A DNA stretch of 32,000 bases from Pseudomonas aeruginosa (GCF_001457615.1 NZ_LN831024.1:3930001-3962000), one strand, 5' to 3'. Numbered from the stretch's first letter, positions 17,745 to 26,221 are shown. Notes: a model not told the origin generated them from the letters alone. Translations and numbers: made by a program.

Positions 17745-18458
17745 ATGTCCCCAACCCCCGGCGCCCGCCGGCCCTGCCCCAGGGCCTACGCCCCCTGGCT
17801 GCTGTCGCTGGCGGCGACATTGCTGCTGGCAGTCGGCGCGGCGCTGGCGCAGTGGGACCTGGAGTCGATACTGAGCCGTGCCGAGCAGCGCTACGGCGAG
17901 CTGGGCGCGGCGAAATCACGCCTGGGCGACTGGGGCCGCCTGCTCGAACAGGGCGGCACGCTCGACGAAGCGGCCAAGCTGCGCGCGGTCAACGACTTCT
18001 TCAACCGGTCGCTGCGTTTCACCGACGACATCGAGATCTGGCAACAGGAAGACTATTGGGCGACTCCGGTCGAGGCGCTGGTCAAGGGCGCCGCCGACTG
18101 CGAGGACTACGCCATCGCCAAGTACGTGACCCTGCGTCGCCTCGGCGTCGCCAGCGACAAGCTGCGCATCACCTACGTCAAGGCCCTGCGCCTGAACCAG
18201 GCGCACATGGTGCTGACCTGGTACGCCAGCCCGGGCGCCGACCCACTGGTGCTGGACAACCTGATCGGCGAGATCCGCCCCGCTTCGCAACGTGACGACC
18301 TGTTGCCGGTGTACGCCTTCAATGCCGAGGGCCTCTGGCTGCCCGGCGCCGATGGCGGACGCCGGACCGGCGACAGCAAGAAGCTGTCGCGCTGGCAGGA
18401 CCTGCTGACCAAGATGCGCGCCGAAGGCCTCGACCTCGACGCACCCAAGGAGGATTGA
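17745..18458 (+). CDS. lapG: Periplasmic transglutaminase-like cysteine protease LapG
   Basis: 237 aa with a signal peptide (…LLLAVGAALA/QW) and BTLCP/DUF920 motifs, including the catalytic Cys in GAADCEDYAIAKY, His in QAHMVLTWY and Asp in LVLDNL. It is immediately followed by lapD. Confidence 0.9.
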   Translation: MSPTPGARRPCPRAYAPWLLSLAATLLLAVGAALAQWDLESILSRAEQRYGELGAAKSRLGDWGRLLEQGGTLDEAAKLRAVNDFFNRSLRFTDDIEIWQQEDYWATPVEALVKGAADCEDYAIAKYVTLRRLGVASDKLRITYVKALRLNQAHMVLTWYASPGADPLVLDNLIGEIRPASQRDDLLPVYAFNAEGLWLPGADGGRRTGDSKKLSRWQDLLTKMRAEGLDLDAPKED

Positions 18459-20411
18459 ATGTCACTGCTCAAGCAATTGTTCCTCGCCATCTGCCTGTTC
18501 CTCGTCGTCGCCTTCAGCGGCAGCTTCGTCAGCAGCGTGGAGAACTCCCGCGAGCAGTTGCGCGGCCAGTTGCGCTCCCACGCCCAGGACGCCGCCACCG
18601 CCCTCGGCCTGTCCCTGACGCCACACGTGGACGACCCGGCGATGGTGCAACTGATGGTCAGCTCGATCTTCGACAGCGGCTACTTCGCCAGCATCCGGGT
18701 GATCGACATCAAGAGCGGCAAGCCGCTGGTCGAGCGCGTGCAGGCGCATGCCGAGCGTACGGTGCCCGGCTGGTTCGAACGCCTGGTGGATCTCCAGCCC
18801 CAGGGTGGCGACGCGCTGATCATGCGCGGCTGGGAACAGGCGGCGCGGGTCGAGGTGGTCAGCCATCCGCAATTCGCCCTGGCGCGCCTGTGGGACAGCG
18901 CCCTGGGCAGCCTCTACTGGTTGCTGGCCTGCGGCGCGGCGAGCCTGCTGCTTGGCGGCTGGCTGCTGCGCCGCCAACTGCGCCCGCTCGACCAGATGGT
19001 GCGCCAGGCCCATGCCATCAGCCGGCGGGAATTCCTCAGCCTGCCCAGGCTGCCGCGCACGCCGGAGCTGCGCCGCGTGGTGCAGGCGATGAACCAGATG
19101 GTGGAGAAACTTCGCACGCTGTTCGCCGAGGAGGCTGCGCGTAGCGACAAGCTACGCGCCCAGGCCTACCAGGACAGTCTCACCGGCCTGCCCAACCGGC
19201 GCCTGTTCGACGCCCGCCTCAACGAACAGCTGGGTGCCGGCGAGCACGAGCATGCCGGGCAGCTCCTGCTGCTGCGCCTGAACGACCTGAACGGGCTGAA
19301 CCAGCGTCTCGGCGGGCAACGCACGGATGAATTGATCCAGGCGGTCGCCCGCTTGCTGGTCGACTCCTGCGGCCAGCAAGGGCGCGCCGACTGGCTGCTG
19401 GCCCGCAGCCGCGGCGGCGAGTTCGCCGTGCTGGCTCCCGGTTGCTCCCGCGAGCAGGCCGAACGCCTGGCCGAGGAACTCTGCGAAGGCCTGGAGAACC
19501 TTGCCCGCACCGGTGCCAGCGATCTCACGCCGGTCGCCTATCTCGGTATCAGCGCGTTCGCCGAAGGCGACTCGCCCGCGGATCTCCTGGCCCGTGCCGA
19601 CCAGGCCCTGGCCCAGGCCGAAAGCCAGCCCGCCCAGCCCTGGGCGAGCCAGGACGGCACCGCGCTCGCGGCGCTCAACGATAGCCAGGACTGGCACGAC
19701 TGGATCGACCAGGCCCTGACGGAGCGCCGCCTGCTGCTCTATTTCCAGCCGGTGGTGGACTGCCTGGACACCCAGCGCGTCCTCCACCACAAGGTCCTCG
19801 CGCGTCTGCTCGACCCGCAGGCCACGGCCATCGCCGCCGGGCGCTTCCTGCCCTGGATAGAACGTTTCGGCTGGGCCGCGCGCCTGGACCTGGCGATGCT
19901 CGAACAGAGCCTGGAGCACCTGCGGCGCCATCCACGGCCGCTGGCGCTGAGCCTGTCGGCCGCCAGTGTCCGCAATGCGCAGACGTTTGCCCCGCTACTG
20001 GCCCTGCTCAAGGCGCATCCGCAGGAGGCGCGCCAGCTGACCCTGGAACTGGACGAGCGGCACCTGCCAGCCGCGGCCGAACTGGAGCGCCTCAGCCAGG
20101 TCCTGCGCGAACTGGGCTGCGGTCTCGGCCTGCAGCATTTCGGCGGCCGCTTCAGCCTGATCGGCAACCTTACCCATCTGGGGCTGGCCTACCTCAAGCT
20201 GGACGGCTGCTACCTGCACGCCGTCGACCGGGAAGGCGACAAGCGGTTGTTCATCGAAGCGGTCTATCGCACCACCCACAGCATCGATCTACCGTTGATC
20301 GCGGAACAGGTGGAAACCCTCGGTGAACTCGAAGTACTGCGGGAAATGGGCTTGCGTGGCGCCATGGGACGCCTGTTCGGCAGCCCGGCGCCCTGGTCCG
20401 GGGATGCCTGA
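18459..20411 (+). CDS. lapD: c-di-GMP receptor LapD (LapD/MoxY N-domain, HAMP, degenerate GGDEF and EAL)
   Basis: 650 aa. The N-terminal TM helix, periplasmic domain and second TM helix are followed by a GGDEF-like domain with a degenerate RGGEF motif (ARSRGGEFAVLAP). The EAL-like domain has KVL in place of EAL (LHHKVLARLL). The ATG abuts the lapG TGA (TGAATG), with an AAGGAGGA SD inside the lapG 3' end. Confidence 0.9.
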   Translation: MSLLKQLFLAICLFLVVAFSGSFVSSVENSREQLRGQLRSHAQDAATALGLSLTPHVDDPAMVQLMVSSIFDSGYFASIRVIDIKSGKPLVERVQAHAERTVPGWFERLVDLQPQGGDALIMRGWEQAARVEVVSHPQFALARLWDSALGSLYWLLACGAASLLLGGWLLRRQLRPLDQMVRQAHAISRREFLSLPRLPRTPELRRVVQAMNQMVEKLRTLFAEEAARSDKLRAQAYQDSLTGLPNRRLFDARLNEQLGAGEHEHAGQLLLLRLNDLNGLNQRLGGQRTDELIQAVARLLVDSCGQQGRADWLLARSRGGEFAVLAPGCSREQAERLAEELCEGLENLARTGASDLTPVAYLGISAFAEGDSPADLLARADQALAQAESQPAQPWASQDGTALAALNDSQDWHDWIDQALTERRLLLYFQPVVDCLDTQRVLHHKVLARLLDPQATAIAAGRFLPWIERFGWAARLDLAMLEQSLEHLRRHPRPLALSLSAASVRNAQTFAPLLALLKAHPQEARQLTLELDERHLPAAAELERLSQVLRELGCGLGLQHFGGRFSLIGNLTHLGLAYLKLDGCYLHAVDREGDKRLFIEAVYRTTHSIDLPLIAEQVETLGELEVLREMGLRGAMGRLFGSPAPWSGDA

Positions 20412-20412
20412 T

Positions 20413-20440
20413 AGCGAGTCCGGAGCGGGTCGGACTCGCT
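20413..20440. terminator. Hairpin between convergent lapD and lasI (possible terminator)
   Basis: AGCGAGTCCG-gagcgggt-CGGACTCGCT is a perfect 10-bp stem beginning 2 nt after the lapD stop. Only a short TT follows, so terminator function is uncertain. Confidence 0.35.
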
Positions 20441-20517
20441 TTACAGCGGATTCGGCATCGACGCCAGGCGCTCCCTCTCCGACAGAGAACGCGCCGGCGC
20501 GAGCCGACAGGTCCCCG

Positions 20518-21123
20518 TCATGAAACCGCCAGTCGCTGTTCCACCAGCACTCCCCCGTAAAGCGCGATCTGGGTCTTGGCATTGAGTTCGATGCGCAAGG
20601 CCACCGCGCGCTCGATGCCGATCTTCAGGTGCGGACCGAAGCGCGATACGTCCAGGCCGGCACGGATCATCATCTTCTCCACGCCTACGGTGGTTACCGT
20701 CACCAGCGTCTGGATGTCGTTCTGCAGGCTGTAGCGGGCCAGCGCGCGCATCGCCTCCAGCGTACAGTCGGAAAAGCCCAGCGAGCCTTTCTGTCCAGAG
20801 TTGATGGCGAAACGGCTGAGTTCCCAGATGTGCGGCGAGCAAGGCGCTTCCTTGCCGTGCAGAAGCTCCGGGAAGGTGTTCTTCAGCATGTAGGGGCCAG
20901 TGGTATCGAGAATTCGCCAGCAACCGAAAACCTGGGCTTCAGGAGTATCTTCCTGGATCAACATGTAATAAGGACTGAGTGCGTCATAACCATCGATTTC
21001 CATCTCGTCGATGACACTAACGTCCCAGCCTTTGCGCTCCTTGAACACTTGAGCACGCAACTTGTGCATCTCGCCCAGCAGTTTTTTATCGAACTCTTCG
21101 CGCCGACCAATTTGTACGATCAT
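20518..21123 (-). CDS. lasI: Acyl-homoserine-lactone synthase LasI (3-oxo-C12-HSL)
   Basis: The track ORF is trimmed to Met6. The 201-aa product MIVQIGRREEFDKKLLGEMHKLRAQVFKERKGWDVSVIDEMEIDGYD… is recognised as LasI. A GGAGG SD lies upstream. Confidence 0.98.
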   Translation of the reverse strand: MIVQIGRREEFDKKLLGEMHKLRAQVFKERKGWDVSVIDEMEIDGYDALSPYYMLIQEDTPEAQVFGCWRILDTTGPYMLKNTFPELLHGKEAPCSPHIWELSRFAINSGQKGSLGFSDCTLEAMRALARYSLQNDIQTLVTVTTVGVEKMMIRAGLDVSRFGPHLKIGIERAVALRIELNAKTQIALYGGVLVEQRLAVS

Positions 21124-21156
21124 CTTCACTTCCTCCAAATAGGAAGCTGAAGAATT

Positions 21157-21171
21157 TATGCAAATTTCATA
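21157..21171. promoter_or_regulatory. Putative RsaL operator palindrome in the lasI promoter
   Basis: TATGCAAATTTCATA is an inverted repeat (TATG-N7-CATA) lying between the las box and the lasI start, roughly over the expected -10 region. RsaL is reported to bind next to LasR on this bidirectional promoter. Confidence 0.55.
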
Positions 21172-21178
21172 ATTTTAT

Positions 21179-21198
21179 AACTAGCAAATGAGATAGAT
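21179..21198 (-). promoter_or_regulatory. las box (LasR binding site) of the lasI promoter
   Basis: The reverse strand reads ATCTATCTCATTTGCTAGTT, containing the CT-N12-AG core CTATCTCATTTGCTAG known as the lasI las box. It is centred about 65 nt upstream of the lasI ATG. Confidence 0.85.
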
Positions 21199-21254
21199 TT
21201 CGGTGAACCCGGACCCTTGCTAGGCTCGAAGAAACGTCCGAAAAGATCAGAGCA

Positions 21255-21497
21255 ATGGCTTCACACGAGAGAACACAGCCCCAAAACATGGCCTTCCGGG
21301 CAAAGGCCACCCGCACCGCCCGACGGGAAAGCCAGGAAACTTTCTGGAGCCGCTTCGGGATAAGCCAATCCTGCGGCAGTCGTTTCGAGAATGGCGAGAA
21401 CCTGCCCTTCCCTATATACCTGCTTTTGCATTTCTATATAGAAGGGCAAATTACCGATCGCCAGCTCGCCGACCTGAGAGGCAAGATCAGAGAGTAA
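21255..21497 (+). CDS. rsaL: Quorum-sensing repressor RsaL
   Basis: 80 aa, [65 protein letters not shown]…, recognised as RsaL. It is divergent from lasI and convergent with lasR. Confidence 0.97.
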   Translation: MASHERTQPQNMAFRAKATRTARRESQETFWSRFGISQSCGSRFENGENLPFPIYLLLHFYIEGQITDRQLADLRGKIRE

Positions 21498-22206
21498 TAA
21501 GACCCAAATTAACGGCCATAATGCCCGCTACGCGGCGGGAGGTCACACCGAACTTCCGCCGAATATTTCCCATATGGAAGTTCACATTGGCTTCCGAGCA
21601 GTTGCAGATAACCGATATCTCCCAACTGGTCTTGCCGATGGCGCACCACTGCAACACTTCCTTCTCCCGGCTGGTCAGAACCACCGGTTTGCTGACCGGA
21701 TGTTCGAAGGCCAGTCCGGCACCGCTCTGCAGTGCGTAGTCCTTGAGCATCCACAGGGTCGGCAGGACCGACTCCATGAAACGGTTGGCCTCGGCCCGGT
21801 TTTCCGCTTCCACGCTGAGGCTCAGCGCGCCGAGTTCGCCGCGAGCACCATGCAGCGGCATGGTCAGCCCATACACCAGGCCGGCGGCCGAGGCTTCCTC
21901 GAAGAACTCGTGCTGCTTTCGCGTCTGGTAGATGGACGGTTCCCAGAAAATCGGCAGTACGCTCTGGGTACAGTGACTGACCGTCGGGTCGACCCGCGCG
22001 TAGCCAGCCCGGTCGTAATGCTCGCGCCAGGCGGCCGGGTAGTTGCCGACGATGAAGGCGTTCTCGTAGTCCTGGCTGTCCTTAGGCAACAGGCCGAACA
22101 GGATCTTCGAGAATCCAAGGTCGCTCGCCATCTTCTGCAGGATGGCGCTCCACTCCAATTTTCCACTTGAGCGTTCCAGCTCAAGAAAACCGTCAACCAA
22201 GGCCAT
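21487..22206 (-). CDS. lasR: LuxR-family quorum-sensing regulator LasR
   Basis: 239 aa, [79 protein letters not shown]…, full length with no frameshift or premature stop. Its 3' end overlaps rsaL by 11 nt. Confidence 0.98.
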   Translation of the reverse strand: MALVDGFLELERSSGKLEWSAILQKMASDLGFSKILFGLLPKDSQDYENAFIVGNYPAAWREHYDRAGYARVDPTVSHCTQSVLPIFWEPSIYQTRKQHEFFEEASAAGLVYGLTMPLHGARGELGALSLSVEAENRAEANRFMESVLPTLWMLKDYALQSGAGLAFEHPVSKPVVLTSREKEVLQWCAIGKTSWEISVICNCSEANVNFHMGNIRRKFGVTSRRVAGIMAVNLGLITL

Positions 22207-22476
22207 AGCGCTACGTTCTTCTTAAACTATTAACCAATCAGCCAAATATGGATTCGGCACCCGATATCCGGCACGTTGTACGGCAGTCCGAGAATCCCGG
22301 CTTCCTGCCGAGGCGCATGCGCCCGTGCCCGACGACCCCTGAAGATGTCCAGTCAGCCCACTCTATAGAGTTGGCGTTGTGCCGGAAAGGCACATTTCAG
22401 TCCCACTTAACAATAGACCGCAGCGTTTGATGCACCTAGTACGATACCCGTCCTAGAGGGTAAGCAAACGTTTAAA

Positions 22477-22492
22477 TGTGATCTAGATCACA
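22477..22492. promoter_or_regulatory. Vfr (CRP-family) binding site in the lasR promoter
   Basis: Perfect palindrome TGTGATCTAGATCACA, matching the CRP consensus TGTGA-N6-TCACA, about 280 nt upstream of the lasR ATG. Vfr activation of lasR through a CRP-consensus site is established. Confidence 0.8.
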
Positions 22493-22656
22493 TTTTATGC
22501 GAACTGAATACCCAGTCACACCTGGTCCCCGGGTTCACTGTCGGCCCATCGCCACGCGTGCGACCGCTCTCGGCCGGGCGATCCGAGGCGCAGACGTCTG
22601 TGCGCGGCGCACGGGCAAAGGCACAGCGCCACGGCCAAGGGGGCGACCTCGCGGCG

Positions 22657-25365
22657 TCAGGCCTGCCGGGCACGGACCCGGCGACATAGCCACTTTTCCA
22701 GTTCGGCGACGCAGAACAGGCCGAGCCCGGCCAGCAGCACCCGCGCCCACTCGCCCGGGGCCAGGCCGACCGAGCCGAACAGCGCCTGCAACGGCGGCGC
22801 GTAGGTATAGAGCAGTTGCAGCACCACGCAAGCGGCGATCGCCAGCAAGACCTGGCGGTTGCCGAACAGGCCCTCGCGGCTGAGCACCGAATCGTAGATA
22901 TGCCGGCTGTTGAGCAGGTAGAACATCTCGCACACCACCACGCTGTTCACCGCCATGGTCCGCGCGCTCTCCAGCCCGGTGCCATGCTCCAGCTCCCAGA
23001 GGAACAGGCCCAGGGCGCCCGCCATCATCAGCAGCGAGACCAGCAGCACCCGCCAGACGAAGAACAGCGACAACAGGGGCTCCGCCGGCGGACGCGGCGG
23101 ACGCTGCATCAGGCCGCGCTCGGCCGGATCGAAGGCCAGCGCCAGGCCCAGGGTGCTGGAGGTGACCATGTTGATCCAGAGGATCTGCGCCGGCGTCATC
23201 GGCAGGGTCAACTGGAACAGGATCGCGGCGATCACGATCAGCGCCTCGCCACCGTTGGTCGGCAGCATGAAGAGGATGAATTTCTTCAGGTTGTCGTAGA
23301 CCGCCCTTCCCTCGCGCACGGCATTGGCGATGGTGGCGAAATTGTCGTCGGCGAGGACCACCTCGGCCGCCTCCTTGGCCGCCTCGGTGCCCTTGTTGCC
23401 CATCGCTACGCCGACGTCGGCGCGCTTCAGCGCCGGCGCATCGTTGACCCCGTCGCCGGTCATCGCCACCACCTCGCCGCTGGCCTGCAGGGCCTGCACC
23501 AGGCGCAGCTTGTGCTCAGGGCTGGCGCGGGCGAACACATCGACGCCCGGCAGCACTTCGCGCAGGCGCTGGTCGTCGAGCAACTCGATCTCCGCGCCGG
23601 TCAGCGCCGGCCGGTCGATGCCGATCCCGAGCATGGCGCCGATCGCCCGCGCGGTGTCGACGTGGTCGCCGGTGATCATCTTCACCGCGATACCCGCCGC
23701 CTGGCATTCGGCGACCGCGGCCACGGCTTCCTCGCGCGGAGGGTCGATGATGCCCACCAGGGCCAGCAGGGTGAAGCCATGTTCCACGTCGGCGAAATCC
23801 AGCGTGCGCTGCTCCGCCGGCATCGCCCGTCGGGCGATGGCCAGCAGGCGCAGACCGCGAGCGGCGGTGTCGGTGGCCAGGCGCCGCCAGTAGTCCGGGT
23901 CCAGCGGCCGCACCGAGTCGCCCACCCGTTCAGCCTCGCACATGTCGAGGATGCGCTCCGGCGCGCCCTTCAGGTAGACCATCGCCTGGCCTGCGTGGTC
24001 GTGGTGCAGGGTGGCCATGAAGCGATGCTCGGACTCGAACGGAATCGCATCGCTGCGTGGCCGTTCCGCCGCCAGCGCCTGCGGATCGAGGCCCAGCTTG
24101 AGGCCGAGGCTGAGCAGCGCGCCTTCGGTGGGGTCGCCCTCCAGTTGCCATGCCTCGCCCTCCTGGTGCAGGCGCGCCTCGTTGCACAACAGCGCCGCGC
24201 GACCGATCTCCTGCAGATCGTCGCGTCCGGCGGGATCGAGGCCTTCGCCGTTGTGGCTGAAACCACCCAGCGGGGCGTAACCGGCGCCGCTGACCTCGAT
24301 TACCTGGTCGGCGGTGACGATACGCTGCACGGTCATCTCGTTGCGGGTCAGGGTGCCGGTCTTGTCCGAGCAGATCACCGTCACCGAACCCAGCGTCTCC
24401 ACCGCCGGCAGGCGGCTGACGATGGCGTTGCGCCGGGCCATGCGCTGTACGCCGAGGGCGAGGATCACCGTCATGATCGCCGGCAGTCCCTCGGGAATCG
24501 CCGAGGCGGTCAGCGCCACCACCAGCATGAACATGTCCACCATCGGCTGGCCCTGCCAGAGGGTGCCGAGGACGAAAGTGGCGCCGGCCAGCAGCAGGAT
24601 CGCCAGGGCCAGCCAGCGACTGAAGCTGGCGATCTGTCGCAGCAGCGGAGTGGCCAGGGTGCGGACTTCGCGCAACAGCGTACCGATCCGGCCCAGTTCG
24701 GTATCCCCGGCGGTGGCGACCACCACTCCGCGCGCCTGGCCGCTGGTCACCAGGGTGCCGGAATAGGCCATGCAACGGCGGTCGCCGAGCAGCGCGTCGA
24801 TGGCCACCGCGACGCAGCCCTTCTCCACCGGCACCGACTCACCGGTCAGGGCCGACTCGTCGACATGGAAGTTCTTCGTTTCGAACAGCCGCAGGTCGGC
24901 CGGCACCCGGTCGCCGGAGGCCAGCAGCACCACGTCGCCCGGTACCAGGCGTTCGGCGTCCAGCGCCTGGCGCTGGCCGTCGCGCAGGACCAGGGCATGC
25001 AGCGAAAGCATGTCGCGGATGGCGTCCAGCGCGTTGGCCGCCTTGCCCTCCTGGACGAAACCGATCAGCGCGTTGACCACCACCGCCAGGAGGATTACCG
25101 CACTGTCCACCCAGAAGCCGAGCAGCGCGGTGACCAGCGAGGCGAACAGCATCATGTACAGCAGGACGTTGTGGAACTGCCGCAGCAAGCGCAGCAGCGG
25201 CCCCTGGCGTTTCGGCGCGGGCAATCGGTTGTAGCCGTGCGCCGCCAGGCGGCGGGCGGCTTCGTCCGCGTCCAGGCCGGCGGCGGAGCTGTGCAATCGT
25301 TCCAGCACCCGTTGCGGCGGGCTGGCATGGGCGTCGCGGGAAGACAGGGGTGGGATGCCGTTCAT
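22657..25365 (-). CDS. Cation-transporting P-type ATPase (type II, Ca2+/Mg2+-ATPase-like)
   Basis: 902 aa with an N-terminal Cation_ATPase_N-like segment (GLDADEAARRLAAHGYNRLP). It carries TGES (ALTGESVPV), the phosphorylation motif ICSDKTGTLTRNEM, the hinge MTGDGVNDAPALKRADVG and about 10 TM helices. Confidence 0.93.
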   Translation of the reverse strand: MNGIPPLSSRDAHASPPQRVLERLHSSAAGLDADEAARRLAAHGYNRLPAPKRQGPLLRLLRQFHNVLLYMMLFASLVTALLGFWVDSAVILLAVVVNALIGFVQEGKAANALDAIRDMLSLHALVLRDGQRQALDAERLVPGDVVLLASGDRVPADLRLFETKNFHVDESALTGESVPVEKGCVAVAIDALLGDRRCMAYSGTLVTSGQARGVVVATAGDTELGRIGTLLREVRTLATPLLRQIASFSRWLALAILLLAGATFVLGTLWQGQPMVDMFMLVVALTASAIPEGLPAIMTVILALGVQRMARRNAIVSRLPAVETLGSVTVICSDKTGTLTRNEMTVQRIVTADQVIEVSGAGYAPLGGFSHNGEGLDPAGRDDLQEIGRAALLCNEARLHQEGEAWQLEGDPTEGALLSLGLKLGLDPQALAAERPRSDAIPFESEHRFMATLHHDHAGQAMVYLKGAPERILDMCEAERVGDSVRPLDPDYWRRLATDTAARGLRLLAIARRAMPAEQRTLDFADVEHGFTLLALVGIIDPPREEAVAAVAECQAAGIAVKMITGDHVDTARAIGAMLGIGIDRPALTGAEIELLDDQRLREVLPGVDVFARASPEHKLRLVQALQASGEVVAMTGDGVNDAPALKRADVGVAMGNKGTEAAKEAAEVVLADDNFATIANAVREGRAVYDNLKKFILFMLPTNGGEALIVIAAILFQLTLPMTPAQILWINMVTSSTLGLALAFDPAERGLMQRPPRPPAEPLLSLFFVWRVLLVSLLMMAGALGLFLWELEHGTGLESARTMAVNSVVVCEMFYLLNSRHIYDSVLSREGLFGNRQVLLAIAACVVLQLLYTYAPPLQALFGSVGLAPGEWARVLLAGLGLFCVAELEKWLCRRVRARQA

Positions 25366-25492
25366 GGGATTCCTGCGCCTCGTTCTGATGAACAGAACTA
25401 TCGGGCAGGCCTGCGCCGCAACGTTTGACCTGTCTCAAACGGATGCTTGCAGTTGAAAGCATCTGGCCGGGGAAAACTTTTCCGGATGTTGC

Positions 25493-25524
25493 GCGGCACC
25501 TCGCTCCACAGGGCGAGGTGCCGC
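25493..25524 (-). terminator. Strong hairpin just downstream of the GNAT gene (possible terminator/attenuator upstream of the ATPase gene)
   Basis: GCGGCACCTCGC-tccacagg-GCGAGGTGCCGC is a perfect 12-bp GC-rich stem starting 7 nt after the GNAT stop. There is no adjacent U-tract. Confidence 0.4.
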
Positions 25525-25530
25525 GTCCTC

Positions 25531-25962
25531 CTACAGGCTCATGTGCAGCAGCGGGAACGGCCGCCCCGCCGAGTCGGTCGCGGAGCGGCCGGTCTGGCGG
25601 AACCCATAGTGTCGATAGAAGCCGCAGGCCTGCGGGTTCTGCTCGTTGACATCGACGCTCAGGCGCGGCCAGGTCGCCCGCGCATGATCGAGCAGGCGTC
25701 GGCCGATACCCCGGCCGCGCAGCCCGGGTTCGACGAAGAGCATCTCGACATGCGCCTGGTTTAGGCCGATGAAGCCCTGGGCCACGCCGTCGTCGTCGAC
25801 CAGCACCCAGACCTCGACGGCCGGCAGGTACAGGTCGCGGACCTGTGGGTAAAGCTCGACGATGTCCGCTTCACTGAGAAAGTCGTGGGTCGCGCGGACG
25901 GAACGTTCCCACAGGTCGACCAATGCCGTGTTGTCGGCGTCGACGCGCTTGCGAATGTGCAT
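25531..25962 (-). CDS. GNAT-family N-acetyltransferase
   Basis: 143 aa with the acetyl-CoA binding motif region (…MLFVEPGLRGRGIGRRLLDHA…NEQNPQACGFYRHYGF…). An AAGGA SD lies 8 nt upstream. Confidence 0.85.
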   Translation of the reverse strand: MHIRKRVDADNTALVDLWERSVRATHDFLSEADIVELYPQVRDLYLPAVEVWVLVDDDGVAQGFIGLNQAHVEMLFVEPGLRGRGIGRRLLDHARATWPRLSVDVNEQNPQACGFYRHYGFRQTGRSATDSAGRPFPLLHMSL

Positions 25963-26221
25963 GCTGGATTCCTTTATCCGAAAGATTCCAGGTAGAACGA
26001 AAGGCAGCCGCGACCGCCAGGCCGGGCGCCACGCTGAGGTTCGTCGCCTGGATGCCCGTGGCGCGAATCAACGCATGGACGGTGCACAGCGGCGGCGACG
26101 AGGGAGGAAGGGAGCGCCATCCTAGAAGAAAACGACCGGTCGGAACAGCCGCTCTTCCCATGCTTTTCCCGAAACGACGAATGAACGACACTGCGCCCGA
26201 CTCTTTTTCCCGGTATCGCCC

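Noticed and set aside
22248-22430. 60-aa + strand ORF inside the lasR upstream region
   Set aside because: It has no SD, an odd composition and no recognisable homology. It lies in the known lasR leader/promoter region on the opposite strand and is more likely non-coding.
22600-22612. GC palindrome GTGCGC-G-GCGCAC and nearby AGACGTCT downstream of the P-type ATPase gene, considered as a terminator or REP-like element
   Set aside because: The 1-nt spacer cannot form a hairpin loop, no U-tract follows, and no second copy occurs in the window. Such short GC palindromes are expected by chance at this GC content.
22816-25428. 870-aa + strand ORF opposite the P-type ATPase gene
   Set aside because: This is an antisense shadow ORF. 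The minus-strand frame carries all P-type ATPase signature motifs, whereas this frame is low-complexity.
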